Source: Candidatus Kaiserbacteria bacterium RIFCSPLOWO2_12_FULL_50_10 | GTDB taxonomy: Bacteria; Patescibacteriota; Minisyncoccia; Phycocordibacterales; UBA918 | DNA: 58,583 nucleotides | Assembly (NCBI GenBank): GCA_001783515.1 | Contig: MFMN01000015.1 | Coordinates: 1 to 58,583 of the forward strand | Direction of reading: 5' to 3' | Shown here: piece by piece, positions 19,881 through 30,308 of the stretch | Position numbering within the stretch: the first letter of the stretch is position 1 | How the letters are laid out: every line of letters starts with the position of its first letter | Notes under the pieces: model-generated | Told to the model about the DNA's origin: nothing | Database searches by the model: none | The model's input: the letters and a program-made list of their open reading frames with translations, nothing else | Translations under genes and position numbers: made by a program

Positions 19881-20264
19881 TTATCGCCCGACCATGTGAG
19901 GTGGCACCATGCGGCACATTTGTCCGCGGCCATGCGGCCGGCACTCCTTGACCAGCCGCTGTTGTTGCGGACGCCTGATTCCGCCGCCGTAGCAGCTCGG
20001 ACCCCGCCCGTTGTGGTAGTTCGCGCAGAAGCTTGGCTGCTCGTACGAGCCGCCCCCTTGTTGCACGATGACGTTGTTGTTCACAACGTTACCACCGTTG
20101 GGTACTTGCACCATCGGTCGCGGGCGGTATTGCCCTTGACCCTGCTGGGGACTGACAGCAATCTCACCATAGAAGCGGCCGTTCGGCGCAATACCGAAGT
20201 GTCCGCCCGCACAGCCAGCGAGGAGTGTCGCAACCAGAAAGGTTGCAATAAGTTTAAAGGACAT
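19881..20264 (-). CDS. Small Gly/Gln-rich putative lipoprotein
   Basis: MSFKLIATFLVATLLAG-C lipobox; GGAGG SD and TTGACT/TACAAT promoter. Confidence 0.65.
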   Translation of the reverse strand: MSFKLIATFLVATLLAGCAGGHFGIAPNGRFYGEIAVSPQQGQGQYRPRPMVQVPNGGNVVNNNVIVQQGGGSYEQPSFCANYHNGRGPSCYGGGIRRPQQQRLVKECRPHGRGQMCRMVPPHMVGR

Positions 20265-20411
20265 AGAACCTCCAGAAGAAAGTGAGCAGAAAAGGAAGCG
20301 AAACGAATCTAAAATATTGTATAACATAAAACAGAAAAGTCAAGTATTTGGTAACACTTTGTCTCTTCTTGGTACACAAAAAGAACGCTGTCGCGTTCTT
20401 TTTGGCTACTG

Positions 20412-20483
20412 TGGGCGATGAGGGGATTGAACCCCCGACCTTCTCGGTGTAAACGAGCTGCTCTACCGCTGAGCTAATCGCCC
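20412..20483 (-). tRNA. tRNA-Val(TAC)
   Basis: GGGCGATTAGCTCAGCGGTAGAGC...TT TAC AC...GGTTCAATCCCCTCATCGCCCA. Confidence 0.95.
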
Positions 20484-20672
20484 CTGTTTTAGGAAATCTC
20501 CAAGTGAATAAACGCTATGGCGATCGCCTTTGTTTTTGGGAAATCTCCATAAGCGTAGACGCTATGGCGATCGCCCTTTCTGTGAGGTGCATAATACCTA
20601 TTTTTTAAGAAAACGCAAATTTTTTTGTGTGGCAGATGGGAAATTAAATGCTCGCAATGGAGTCTGTTGTCG

Positions 20673-20809
20673 GACTCCTGGATCCCTCCTGGATGACAAA
20701 AGTTGCGTGTATTGTTTTAGAGAGACACATGGTTAAAGCGAACGCGGATTTAACCATTGAGTAGTCAAGACAATATTACGTAACTTTTGTCATCCAGGAG
20801 GGATCCAAG
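20673..20809. repeat. Repeat family A, full hairpin element
   Basis: TGGATCCCTCCTGGATGACAAAAGTT...ATGGTTAAA/TTTAACCAT...AACTTTTGTCATCCAGGAGGGATCCA. Confidence 0.92.
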
Positions 20810-20822
20810 CCAATACGAATGG

Positions 20823-21152
20823 TTACTCTCCGCGAATACTCTTTGCGTATTCTTCGCACGTCTTCTCTTCCTTTGCACGCCAGGCGTTATATGCTGTCTC
20901 GTCTTTCGCCTGCAAAAGGAGCTGCGTTACGATTTTCGCTTGCACGCACGCTCGCACGAAGTCGCCATTTTTGTACGCCATCTCATATTGATCGATTGCA
21001 TCTTGCACAACACCTGCATACAGAGGTGTCTTTGTGCCATCAATACGTGCGGTTTCACTCGGCCGGTAGACGGCAATTGAAATAAATATAAGAAACGCAA
21101 CACCAAGCAGAGCGAGCGCTATTTTGTTGTGGAGAAGCTTCATGAATAACAT
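20823..21152 (-). CDS. Hypothetical membrane-anchored protein
   Basis: One N-terminal TM; TATACT-N6-ATG start. Confidence 0.65.
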   Translation of the reverse strand: MLFMKLLHNKIALALLGVAFLIFISIAVYRPSETARIDGTKTPLYAGVVQDAIDQYEMAYKNGDFVRACVQAKIVTQLLLQAKDETAYNAWRAKEEKTCEEYAKSIRGE

Positions 21153-21292
21153 ACTGTCAGTATACGCGGAAGGCAGGCCGTATTTTATTGACAAATGAGT
21201 ATATTATGCTATAATTTTGCTCTAGGTTCTTTGATATTCGGCATTACGCCATACGGTTTCGCAGCGTTCTGCGATATATGGAGGAGTTCCTC

Positions 21293-21919
21293 ATGTATAA
21301 AATCGTTATCGACGGCACGCCCGTTCTGTTCTCGGACTTTCTTTCGGAGGATGACTGCGCAAGCGTCATCGCCGAAGCGACGGGCGCAGCCCGGGTTGTC
21401 TTCATCGGCACGCCCTGTACGCCACTCCTCGTAAAAACCATCGAGGAACTCGTTTTCCGTGATAACTATGTTGTCGTCCGCGACAACAACGACATCTTGA
21501 GCCCGCGCGACAAGCGCGAGCGTGAGATCAAAACCTGTTCGGAATACGTACGCAAACTCACGAGCAGTGGCACAATCGTGCGAAGCCGCGAGACATGCCT
21601 CGGGTGCGCCTCGCTCGTGCGGGAGGGTGAGTTCAAAATTGAACAAACCGTCGTCGTCACTCAACTCGAAGTTCGCACGCTCCTCGCGACCATGAAGGCG
21701 CTCGGGGTTGTCTATGACGGCCTCGACGAAGACGATGCTATTCTCGAAGCGACGCGCCGCGAGCGGGCAGGGAAGAGTTTCACGGAACTACTGGTGCAGC
21801 ATTTGCTCGTAGAGCTCCCCCTTTTCGACTGGCAAAATCCTGAGCGGTACGAAAGCACGAAGGCTGCGCTCTTCGCTCAGTTCGTCGCAACCGTTCATGA
21901 TCTCACCTATTTGTCGTGA
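21293..21919 (+). CDS. Hypothetical protein
   Basis: TTGACA-N17-TATAAT promoter, GGAGG SD, GC-rich ORF. Confidence 0.7.
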   Translation: MYKIVIDGTPVLFSDFLSEDDCASVIAEATGAARVVFIGTPCTPLLVKTIEELVFRDNYVVVRDNNDILSPRDKREREIKTCSEYVRKLTSSGTIVRSRETCLGCASLVREGEFKIEQTVVVTQLEVRTLLATMKALGVVYDGLDEDDAILEATRRERAGKSFTELLVQHLLVELPLFDWQNPERYESTKAALFAQFVATVHDLTYLS

Positions 21920-22032
21920 CCTGTGTCACTTCGGAGAAACTTGCATCGCTTGTTTCTCCACTTTATTCGGCTTGCAACATTCTGTTGTGTGTCGATAGGG
22001 TTCTTTTTCATCAACCTTTTAGGGAGATTCCT

Positions 22033-22749
22033 GTGGCAAAAGATTCTGTTCCCGTGAAAAATCCTGGCACCATCAAAGTGCTGGGGGATGACATTCCCAT
22101 CGAGTACCTCCCGGGGCGCTTGCCCTGTGTACGTATTGACTTCTTGGGCGACAACGCTTATGCGTGGCAAAACCTTCCCGACGAAGGCGTCCGCTTGGCA
22201 GACGGCACCGAGGTTATGTTTTGCGCTCTCGTCGAGGGTTATCGCTATTATGTTGAGGCTAAGTCCTCGAAGTTCAAGAAGACGGCACGCGAATTCGTGA
22301 ACCACCAGGCGTGGCATGAGTTCTCGAAGCCCGATCTGCCGTCGCCGGAAGTCAGCATCCCCGAGATCGTTGCGTTCACCTACGGGAGCGACGCCATGAC
22401 CGGCGAGCCGCTCGTCGGCTACGGAACCTTTGTCTATGACTCGTGGTACAGCACCTTCTGGCGCCCGCACTTCACGTGTGACAAGGCCGAGGCGGAGCAC
22501 TTGCGCGAAAAGGCAATCGAGCGTTTCTCCTCGGAGCGAAATGTGGCAGACCGCAAAGCGCTCAAAAAGCGCCTCGGCGAGCTGCACGCGCAGCACTACG
22601 ACAACAGCTTGTTACCTCTCGAGATGCGCGAGCGGCTTCGCGTGATGTACTACGCGTTTCCGAGCGGCGTCTCGGCCGCGGAAATCCGCGCGTTCATCAT
22701 CACCGTGGAGGCTGAAGCCGAAACGCAACATGTTCTTTCTTCACTCTAA
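22033..22749 (+). CDS. Hypothetical protein
   Basis: GGGAGATTCCT-GTG start, GC-rich, terminator follows. Confidence 0.65.
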   Translation: MAKDSVPVKNPGTIKVLGDDIPIEYLPGRLPCVRIDFLGDNAYAWQNLPDEGVRLADGTEVMFCALVEGYRYYVEAKSSKFKKTAREFVNHQAWHEFSKPDLPSPEVSIPEIVAFTYGSDAMTGEPLVGYGTFVYDSWYSTFWRPHFTCDKAEAEHLREKAIERFSSERNVADRKALKKRLGELHAQHYDNSLLPLEMRERLRVMYYAFPSGVSAAEIRAFIITVEAEAETQHVLSSL

Positions 22750-22836
22750 AGCACCTCGTGCCTTAGAGAACACCCCAGCTCCGGCTCGGGTGTTTTTTTG
22801 CCAGCAATTTTCTCAATCTCATTGTATACTGGGCGC

Positions 22837-24621
22837 ATGGGTATTTTTGATTTTCTCTCTCCTGCAAAGCCACAAGCTGGTACGGACAGTGCACCAGCGC
22901 CGCTTGCGAAGCGTTTTTCTATTCAGGACACCATTGCGCCAGCGGCTATTGAAATTGCACCAAAGCACATCAATATCAGCGGTACGTACGCTCGTGTGCT
23001 CTATGTTGTTTCGTATCCACGCTTTTTAAACGACGGCTGGCTTGAACCTATTCTCAATCTCGACAAAGAGGTCGATGTATCTATTGCGGTAAATCCCGTC
23101 GACACCGCGCACCTTCTGAAAGATTTCCAGCGTAAGGTTGCTGAAGTAGAAAGTCAGATTTTTGAACGCGAATCAAAAGGTCTGGTGCGCGACCCGCAAC
23201 TTGAGATGGCATATCAAAACCTTGAAGATCTTCGCGACCGCCTCACGACCGCCGAGGAACACATTTTTGAAGTCGGTCTCTATATTTCTATCTACGCCGA
23301 CAGCGAGGCGCTCCTCGACAAGGCAGAGCAGGAGGTAAAGAACATTCTCGAAACAACCATGATCTACGCGAAAACTGCACTCTTCCAGCAAGAGCAGGGT
23401 TTCCGCAGCACGATTCCTATAGTTTCCGACGAACTCGAGGTACACACAAAATTCAACACGCAGCCGCTCTCAAGCTTCTTTCCGTTCACCTCATTTGACC
23501 TTTCCATGGACAAGGGGATTTTGTACGGCATCAACCGCCACAACTCATCACTCGTGCTCTTTGACCGTTTTTCCCTTGCGAACTACAACTCGGTAACCTT
23601 TGCAACCTCCGGTGCGGGAAAGTCCTACGCAATCAAACTAGAAATTCTGCGTTCTATGATGATGGGCGCCGAAGTGCTCGTTATCGACCCTGAACATGAG
23701 TATGAATATCTTGCCGAGGCAACCGGTGGTCGTTTCATTGATATTTCACTCTCGTCACCACACCACATTAACCCGTTTGACCTTCCCGACCCAACCGAAG
23801 ACGAAAGCCCGAAGGATATTCTCCGTACGCACATTATTGAGCTCACCGGTCTTTTCCGTATTATCCTCAGCGGCCTCACCCCTGAAGAAGAGGCAATCAT
23901 CGACCAAGCACTCCACGAAACCTACGCACTCAAAGACATCGACGGCACCTCGGACTTCAAGGAGCTTCCGCCGCCGCTTCTTTCTGACTTTGAGATGGTG
24001 CTCACCGGCATGGTCGGCAGCGAGTCGCTCGTGCAACGCCTCCAAAAGTACACGACCGGCACCTGGGCGGGATTCATGAATGAGCCAACGAACGTCGATA
24101 TTCAACAAAAGTTCATCGTATTCTCTCTCCGTGAAATGGAAGAGGACCTCAAGCCTGCTGCGATGTACATTATTATGAACCATATTTGGGCGCAGATTCG
24201 CCGTCGCCTCCAAAAGCGCCTTATGGTTATCGACGAAGCATGGTGGATGCTTAAATCGGAAGACACCGCGAAATTCCTCCACTCCCTCGCAAAGCGTGGT
24301 CGTAAGTACTACATGGGTATCGCTACCATTACGCAGGACGTAGACGACTTCCTTCGTTCGCCCTATGGCGTACCCATGATTACAAACTCTTCGATGCAGC
24401 TGCTCTTGAAGCAGTCCCCAAGTGCGGTAGATACTCTTAAAGAAGTTTTCAACCTCACCGACGAAGAAAAGTATCTCCTCCTCGAAAGCGGGGTAGGGGA
24501 AGGCATCTTCTTTGCGGGGCAAAAGCACGTCGCACTGAAGATTATCGCCTCGTATACTGAAGACCAAATCATCACCTCGAATCCTGAACAGATTCTCGCT
24601 ATGCAGCAGGCGCGGAAATAG
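22837..24621 (+). CDS. virB4: VirB4-like type IV secretion ATPase
   Basis: ILYGINRHN, Walker A ATSGAGKS, VIDPEHEY, INPFD, VIDEAW, RGRKY, ITQDV. Confidence 0.88.
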   Translation: MGIFDFLSPAKPQAGTDSAPAPLAKRFSIQDTIAPAAIEIAPKHINISGTYARVLYVVSYPRFLNDGWLEPILNLDKEVDVSIAVNPVDTAHLLKDFQRKVAEVESQIFERESKGLVRDPQLEMAYQNLEDLRDRLTTAEEHIFEVGLYISIYADSEALLDKAEQEVKNILETTMIYAKTALFQQEQGFRSTIPIVSDELEVHTKFNTQPLSSFFPFTSFDLSMDKGILYGINRHNSSLVLFDRFSLANYNSVTFATSGAGKSYAIKLEILRSMMMGAEVLVIDPEHEYEYLAEATGGRFIDISLSSPHHINPFDLPDPTEDESPKDILRTHIIELTGLFRIILSGLTPEEEAIIDQALHETYALKDIDGTSDFKELPPPLLSDFEMVLTGMVGSESLVQRLQKYTTGTWAGFMNEPTNVDIQQKFIVFSLREMEEDLKPAAMYIIMNHIWAQIRRRLQKRLMVIDEAWWMLKSEDTAKFLHSLAKRGRKYYMGIATITQDVDDFLRSPYGVPMITNSSMQLLLKQSPSAVDTLKEVFNLTDEEKYLLLESGVGEGIFFAGQKHVALKIIASYTEDQIITSNPEQILAMQQARK

Positions 24622-24731
24622 CGGGGATTCGTGCATACCCAACACAAAAGACGCCCGGGCGTCTTTTTTTATTCCCTATTACAAAAATGATTCGGGTAAT
24701 TCTCAATTATTATCACACAACAAAAGCACGA

Positions 24732-24894
24732 GTTATCCTCGGGATGTAGAAAGTAAACGGAGCAGGGCGGAGTATTACTTCCACATAACCGGGGATCCAT
24801 GGATACTATACAATGTTCTCAAGCCATGGATCCCCGGTTGTCTTGAAAATATATTCGGCAAAGCCTCATTATTTTCATAGACCCCGAGGATGAC
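24732..24894. repeat. Repeat family B element (paired GTCATCCTCGG...CCGGGGATCC units)
   Basis: Two inverted stem-loop units; homologous to 45116-45277 in opposite orientation. Confidence 0.85.
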
Positions 24895-24979
24895 AGGAAC
24901 TGGGATATTGTGCATGTAACGCATGAATTGAGGTATTTTAGTTATGCCTGGTAGCTTCCTTGTGTGGTATACTGCTCAC

Positions 24980-25705
24980 ATGGTCGCTCCACTTATTATT
25001 GGCGCTGCACGTGTAGCAGGGACTGCTGCGGTACGTACCGCGGGACGTTCGCGTATTGCTCGTGCGACAGCACTTCATGCAGAAAGAACAGGGGTATCTC
25101 GCTTTACGCAAAGCCAAAGCCTCTCGGCTCGCGCGGCATCAAGAAGCACGCCATCGCCTCTTGGCGACATCGCACCCGTTCGTACTAAAGAGCGCACATC
25201 CCGCACGCGCCTTCTCTCTAAAATCCCACGAAGTCTACGTGACATCGAACGACTCATAGAGAATGAAGACGAAGATGAACTTCTCCTGCATGGTGACCCT
25301 AAAAACCCTGCCGTCAAAGCACTCCGGTATGCACTCGGCCTCCGAAGGTTCTTTATGATTCTTCCGGTACTCGTGAAGGTTTCTATCCTTATTCCAGTTT
25401 TTAGCATTTTTGGACTTATTGCTATTTTCGGCGCCGAGACCTTAAGGTGGGGAACCTTTTCTGTGGTAGACATTACAAAAGTTGGTCACCTGTTTCTCGG
25501 GCTGGCTTTTGTAGCAACACTTATTGCATATGTTGCCCTCCTTCTTTTCCTTATGGTTATGCGACGCATACACCCCCTAGAGTTTCCCACCTTCCACTTC
25601 CTACTCTTTGTCTTTCTTCCTGTCTTTGACCTCATACCTGGACTTAATATCTTCCCTTGGTTTGTCCTCTGGGGATTTGTCCTTTGCACCGCACCGAAGA
25701 CCTAG
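24980..25705 (+). CDS. Membrane protein
   Basis: Basic N-terminus; C-terminal TMs with DLIPGLNIFPW. Confidence 0.7.
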   Translation: MVAPLIIGAARVAGTAAVRTAGRSRIARATALHAERTGVSRFTQSQSLSARAASRSTPSPLGDIAPVRTKERTSRTRLLSKIPRSLRDIERLIENEDEDELLLHGDPKNPAVKALRYALGLRRFFMILPVLVKVSILIPVFSIFGLIAIFGAETLRWGTFSVVDITKVGHLFLGLAFVATLIAYVALLLFLMVMRRIHPLEFPTFHFLLFVFLPVFDLIPGLNIFPWFVLWGFVLCTAPKT

Positions 25706-25743
25706 TGTTATGTAAAATCAGAAAGTGACGGTATACTTCATGC

Positions 25744-26652
25744 ATGATACGGACGCTGTCTTTTCTCCTCGTAAGCGCATGCATGCTTGCACTCATGCCG
25801 TTTTCGGTAGCTGCACAAAGTATTCCTCAAGGCGCTCAAGTTTCTATCGCTTCACAACCGAGGTATCCCGAGCCATTCACTCCGGTCACGCTCACTCTCG
25901 AAGCATACGGTCTTGCCATTTCTGACGACCAAATTGCCTGGTATGTTGATGGTGAGCTAGCTCAATCAGGTACACGCACGATTACACTTGAGCCGGGCGG
26001 CGTCGGAGTATCCATCCATGTTGCTGTACTTATCACTGCAAACGGGGCATCACGCACGGTAGAAAAGACAATAACCCCGGGCGTGCTTTCTGTCTTACTT
26101 GAATCGTCAATACCTTCTTCTCCTTTTGTAACCGAGAAGATGGGCGCTCCCGCAGGAACGCCGCTCACCGCAATCGCTGTGTATGGAAATGGTAACCCTT
26201 CCGTGAAGTACAACTACCGCTGGGAGCTTGGACAAAAAAATGGCGGCATAACAAGCGGGCAGCGTTTTCTGCTTACCATGCCGCTCTTTGAAACAGATCT
26301 TATTGTCACCGTAACTGATACTGCAGGCAACGTAGTACACCAAGGCGGCGTCACGCTTACCCCCGCTACACCACTTCTTTCGGTGTATAGTTTTGCGAAC
26401 GGGATAGTGTCGCCGTTTCCGCTTGCTGGTTCGTATCGACCGGTCGCCGATACAGAGTCCTTCCTTGCAATTGTTCGAAATAGCGGAGTAAGCACGCCGC
26501 GATGGTTTATGAACGATGCGCAGCTTACCACACCGAACCCACTCACGCTCACCAAGCTTTTAGCCACCGAGCGCGCAGAGCTTCGTGTTGAACTTCCGTA
26601 CGGGCCGTTTAATACGCTTATGGCAGAAAACACCATAACACTCACTCAGTAA
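25744..26652 (+). CDS. Secreted beta-rich (Ig-like) protein
   Basis: Signal peptide; P-x-P-F-T-x-V-T, IAWYVDG, YNYRW motifs. Confidence 0.7.
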   Translation: MIRTLSFLLVSACMLALMPFSVAAQSIPQGAQVSIASQPRYPEPFTPVTLTLEAYGLAISDDQIAWYVDGELAQSGTRTITLEPGGVGVSIHVAVLITANGASRTVEKTITPGVLSVLLESSIPSSPFVTEKMGAPAGTPLTAIAVYGNGNPSVKYNYRWELGQKNGGITSGQRFLLTMPLFETDLIVTVTDTAGNVVHQGGVTLTPATPLLSVYSFANGIVSPFPLAGSYRPVADTESFLAIVRNSGVSTPRWFMNDAQLTTPNPLTLTKLLATERAELRVELPYGPFNTLMAENTITLTQ

Positions 26653-26655
26653 TTT

Positions 26656-27366
26656 ATGTATTTCATTCGCCTCATCAGTCTACCCATCCTTGCACTTGCC
26701 CCGCTTTTTGTGCATGCGCAAAACAAGCTCTACACCACGCCACTCACCCGTATTCCTGGTATTACTGATGCACAGACGCTTTCAACTATTTCCACCTACG
26801 GGCTCGCGGGGTTCCTTAATGGTCTTATCACCTTTATTTTCACCGCTGCGGCTATTGCGTCCGTTGTTATGATTGTGATTATTGGTTTTCAATACGCAAC
26901 CACCGAACAATCTGGCCCCAACCTAAGTTTCTTGAAAGGGAAGATAAAATCTGTTGCGTTTGGCGTCGCGGTTATCGCGAGTATGTTCATTATCTTTAAA
27001 TTTATCAATCCGCAAATCGTCTCCTCGCTCGAAGTGCTCTCACCAACCAAAGACATAGGAAACGCCGGCGCCGCAGAGGGGACGTTTGTATCGGAGGAGG
27101 AGTATAAGGAGCTTGTAAAACAAGCAGATGATATGCAAAAGAATTTTCCTTTATCGGGCGAGGTTTTATCTGGTAATTTTAGCGAGGAAGCAGCCCAAGC
27201 ATCCGCTAAAGCAAGAGCGGAAGCTTATCAGAAGTCAATAGATGATAAATGTAGTAAACTGCCTGGTTTTACATTTGTAAAATATAATTCGTCATCTATT
27301 ATAATAAATAGTAGATATGAAGTATATTGCTATATTACCGTTGGGCAAGAAACGAAGAAAAAATAA
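26656..27366 (+). CDS. Pilin-like (VirB2/TrbC-type) membrane protein with C-terminal extension
   Basis: Signal, two TMs with IIGFQYAT...KGKIKSVAFG...INPQI. Confidence 0.6.
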   Translation: MYFIRLISLPILALAPLFVHAQNKLYTTPLTRIPGITDAQTLSTISTYGLAGFLNGLITFIFTAAAIASVVMIVIIGFQYATTEQSGPNLSFLKGKIKSVAFGVAVIASMFIIFKFINPQIVSSLEVLSPTKDIGNAGAAEGTFVSEEEYKELVKQADDMQKNFPLSGEVLSGNFSEEAAQASAKARAEAYQKSIDDKCSKLPGFTFVKYNSSSIIINSRYEVYCYITVGQETKKK

Positions 27367-27436
27367 ATGCACCCCACCAGTAAGACTGGTGGGGTGTTTT
27401 GGAGTACGTCATCTCGCTACCTATCTGCTTATCTGC

Positions 27437-27811
27437 TTATGAGCAGTACGTTTTCTTTTCATTGGTCGTTCGCCAAGTAGATGCACTTTTCACAATAGTG
27501 ATCCCGTCGATCAACTTACCATCACTCTTTGATCTCCAGCAGACTTGCACTTGATTGGAGTTTTCAATTTTTTTCTTCTCGAAGAGAACATTTTTGAAGC
27601 CCTCTTCATAGATAGGTTTCATTTTTTCTTTTTCGTATTCGCACAAAGCAACATTGCCGCGCGACCTGTCGAGGCATTTTTCAAAGTTCATAGTCAGAAA
27701 CACCACAAGCATTTCGTCGTCCGATGGTATCTCCGACTCCCCACAAGCGGCGAGGGAGATGGCGAAGAGGGCCGACAGGACAATGGTTTTGACGAAGGAC
27801 ACGAAGTTCAT
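27437..27811 (-). CDS. Putative lipoprotein
   Basis: LFAISLAA-C lipobox; TTGACA promoter and GGAGA SD. Confidence 0.7.
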   Translation of the reverse strand: MNFVSFVKTIVLSALFAISLAACGESEIPSDDEMLVVFLTMNFEKCLDRSRGNVALCEYEKEKMKPIYEEGFKNVLFEKKKIENSNQVQVCWRSKSDGKLIDGITIVKSASTWRTTNEKKTYCS

Positions 27812-27957
27812 GATTTTCTCCTTGAAGAAAAAGGTCGGGTTAAGGAAGAGAAAGGACTAACGTTATATTTATACACCATATTACAGTTTTTGTCAAGTAT
27901 TTTCTCTCCGTTGGTTTCTTATTTACTCCTGGCGATGGTATAGTTGCTCTATATAAT

Positions 27958-29184
27958 ATGCAGAAAAAATTTATTATCGCGGGCGGCTTGGTGCTTGTGA
28001 GTATCACTATCGCACTCTTTGTCTACGTGTTCTTTGTACAAAAAGCAGGAGAACCTCTTTCTTCGACACAAGAGGGGGTTTTTGCAACCTCCGACCAAGC
28101 AGATACCGTACAATCTCCATCAGGCACAGATACACAGAGCGCGGAAGTAAATCTAGCACAAGACACCCCATCAACTTCTGCGCTTACTGAGACAACCGGA
28201 GTTCAAGGAACTGAGACACAAGCTCCTCGCTCGCACTACACACAACTTTCAACCACTCCTGTTGCAGGAATGACCTTCATCGGAACGTCAACCGTACGCT
28301 ATAGCGAGAAGGGCACCGGAACTCTTGTTGATGTAAATCTCCTCACACAAGAAACAACCACACTCACCACAAATCTCAGCAATATTATTTCTGCGACATT
28401 CAATACGAACGGCTCACGGGTAATTTTTAAACTACATGATACTCTCACCACACGATTCTTTGTTGGTGTTGTTGCTAAGAATGCAGAAGGAATAAACGAT
28501 CTCCGAGGCTCATTCCTTCCTCAAGATACAGAAGATGCTATCTTTGTAGGGGACACCAATATTCGTTACCTTCTTGCAACCGCAGCTGGTGGGGAAGTGC
28601 ACACCTATGAATCTTCTACAAAAAAGGATTCTATTGAGGGTACGCTTCCGTTTAGTCAAGCGTCTCTTATTTCTTCCGGTAAAGACACCTATATTCTTTC
28701 TCGACCGTCCGCAAGTCAATTAGGTACTCTCTTCCGCTACACCCCTGAGGGAATTACGCCACTTCTTCCTTCTGCACGAGGCCTCACTGCGTTTGTGGCA
28801 CCCTATTCAGAGTCTCTCTATAGTACGGGATATTTCGACCGAGAACTTTCTACCACAGTACTCAAAGGCGATACACAGTCATACCTCGCGCAGATTATGA
28901 ATACCGATACCTGTACCGCAACACAAGCATCTGTCTACTGTGCACGACCAATAGTATTCGAAACCGCTGAATACCCCGACCGTTGGTATCGTGGGGAAGA
29001 GCGTCATGAGGATTTTATCTGGTGGCTGAACGAAGAATCTAACACGCTCCACCCTATCAGTAGCCCCGTAAAGGAAACAGGACAATCGTTTGATATTCTT
29101 GCTATGCAGGGTAATAAGGATGTAGACAATCTCCTGCTCCTCATCAATAAAAATAACGGAACGCTTTGGCTCTATACTCAATAG
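27958..29184 (+). CDS. Membrane-anchored extracellular protein (possible beta-propeller)
   Basis: N-terminal TM, Thr-rich linker, YPDRWYRG, INKNNGTLW. Confidence 0.7.
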   Translation: MQKKFIIAGGLVLVSITIALFVYVFFVQKAGEPLSSTQEGVFATSDQADTVQSPSGTDTQSAEVNLAQDTPSTSALTETTGVQGTETQAPRSHYTQLSTTPVAGMTFIGTSTVRYSEKGTGTLVDVNLLTQETTTLTTNLSNIISATFNTNGSRVIFKLHDTLTTRFFVGVVAKNAEGINDLRGSFLPQDTEDAIFVGDTNIRYLLATAAGGEVHTYESSTKKDSIEGTLPFSQASLISSGKDTYILSRPSASQLGTLFRYTPEGITPLLPSARGLTAFVAPYSESLYSTGYFDRELSTTVLKGDTQSYLAQIMNTDTCTATQASVYCARPIVFETAEYPDRWYRGEERHEDFIWWLNEESNTLHPISSPVKETGQSFDILAMQGNKDVDNLLLLINKNNGTLWLYTQ

Positions 29185-29205
29185 GGGGAGTACACAAAAA
29201 ATCGC

Positions 29206-29925
29206 CTATGCGGCGATTTTTTTGCGAACGTAGAGCTCTTGGGCAATTGAGGTGAGGTTACTTATCGTGAAGTAGAGCGAGATAACTGCTGCAAAGCTGT
29301 ATCCAAAGACAACGATAGTGACGGGGAGCACGTAGAGCATCATGGTACGCATACTGTCTTGCATATCTTGTGCAAAATCTGGCTTTGCGTCCTTTTTCTT
29401 TTCTTCTTTTGGTGGCAGTGACACTCTTGCTTGAAAGTGCATAGTGATACCCGCAAGGAGCGCAAGTCCCATATGTCGCGCGTCCATAGGAATACTTCCA
29501 AGGAAGAACATGTTCACCACGTCTGGTGTTGGCACGAAGGTGTAGAGGAGGCTACTAGTAATGTCGGGAAGAGAACGTACTGCAAAATAGAGGGCAAAGA
29601 GGACGGGGAGTTGAATAATAAGGATAAGGAGCGGCGAGAACGGATTAAGCTTTTCACGCTTGTACACTTCCATAAGGTGAAGTGCAAGCTCTTCACGCTT
29701 ATCTTTGTACTTTTCTTGGATTGCTTTAAGCTCGGGCTGCACTCGTTTCATGAGCTGGTTTGTGCGAGATGCTTTGAGCGCAATCGGGAGGAGTACTATT
29801 TTTACCAGCACTACTGTTGCAATAACCGCAAGGCCAACGTCGTGTGTGGTAATAGTGTCTACAAAGAATATAAGGGTGTTGTAGATAGGGTCAAAGAAAA
29901 AGGTGTGCCAGATGAACGAAAACAT
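29206..29925 (-). CDS. yidC: Membrane protein insertase YidC
   Basis: QPELKAIQEKYK, IIQLPVLFALY, SLYFTISN. Confidence 0.93.
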   Translation of the reverse strand: MFSFIWHTFFFDPIYNTLIFFVDTITTHDVGLAVIATVVLVKIVLLPIALKASRTNQLMKRVQPELKAIQEKYKDKREELALHLMEVYKREKLNPFSPLLILIIQLPVLFALYFAVRSLPDITSSLLYTFVPTPDVVNMFFLGSIPMDARHMGLALLAGITMHFQARVSLPPKEEKKKDAKPDFAQDMQDSMRTMMLYVLPVTIVVFGYSFAAVISLYFTISNLTSIAQELYVRKKIAA

Positions 29926-29930
29926 AGGTA

Positions 29931-30260
29931 TTAGGTATTTAATTGCTTAGCGAGCAGTTTTGTAATTGATTGCGAGAGTGTAGCATAGTTTGCACGGAGC
30001 GCTTCCTTTTTGAGGAGGAAAATATATGTTCCAGTGCGAGGCGCTACTTTTTGCGACGCCCGAACAATTTCATAGACTTGTCGACGGAGTTTGTTACGCA
30101 CAGGTTTTATATTTGTTGTTTTTCCCGAGACTACAACCGCTGCTTTTACTGTTGTGCTTGGCATATACAGCATTGTTGCAAGTTCACCATGAAAGCGCCT
30201 TCCGTTTTTAAAGGCGGTGTTGAATTCATGTGTGGTAAGCCTGTTTTGTTTCGCGAGCAT
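29931..30260 (-). CDS. rnpA: RNase P protein component
   Basis: MLAKQNRL, VVVS, VRNKLRR; synteny. Confidence 0.9.
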   Translation of the reverse strand: MLAKQNRLTTHEFNTAFKNGRRFHGELATMLYMPSTTVKAAVVVSGKTTNIKPVRNKLRRQVYEIVRASQKVAPRTGTYIFLLKKEALRANYATLSQSITKLLAKQLNT

Positions 30261-30308
30261 ATCTATTGCAAGTATACATGAAAAAACCCGTATTTCTACG
30301 GGTTGTTT

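Noticed and set aside
21293-21919. Phosphoribosyltransferase assignment
   Set aside because: No intact PRPP-binding VVDDxxTTG motif; left as hypothetical.
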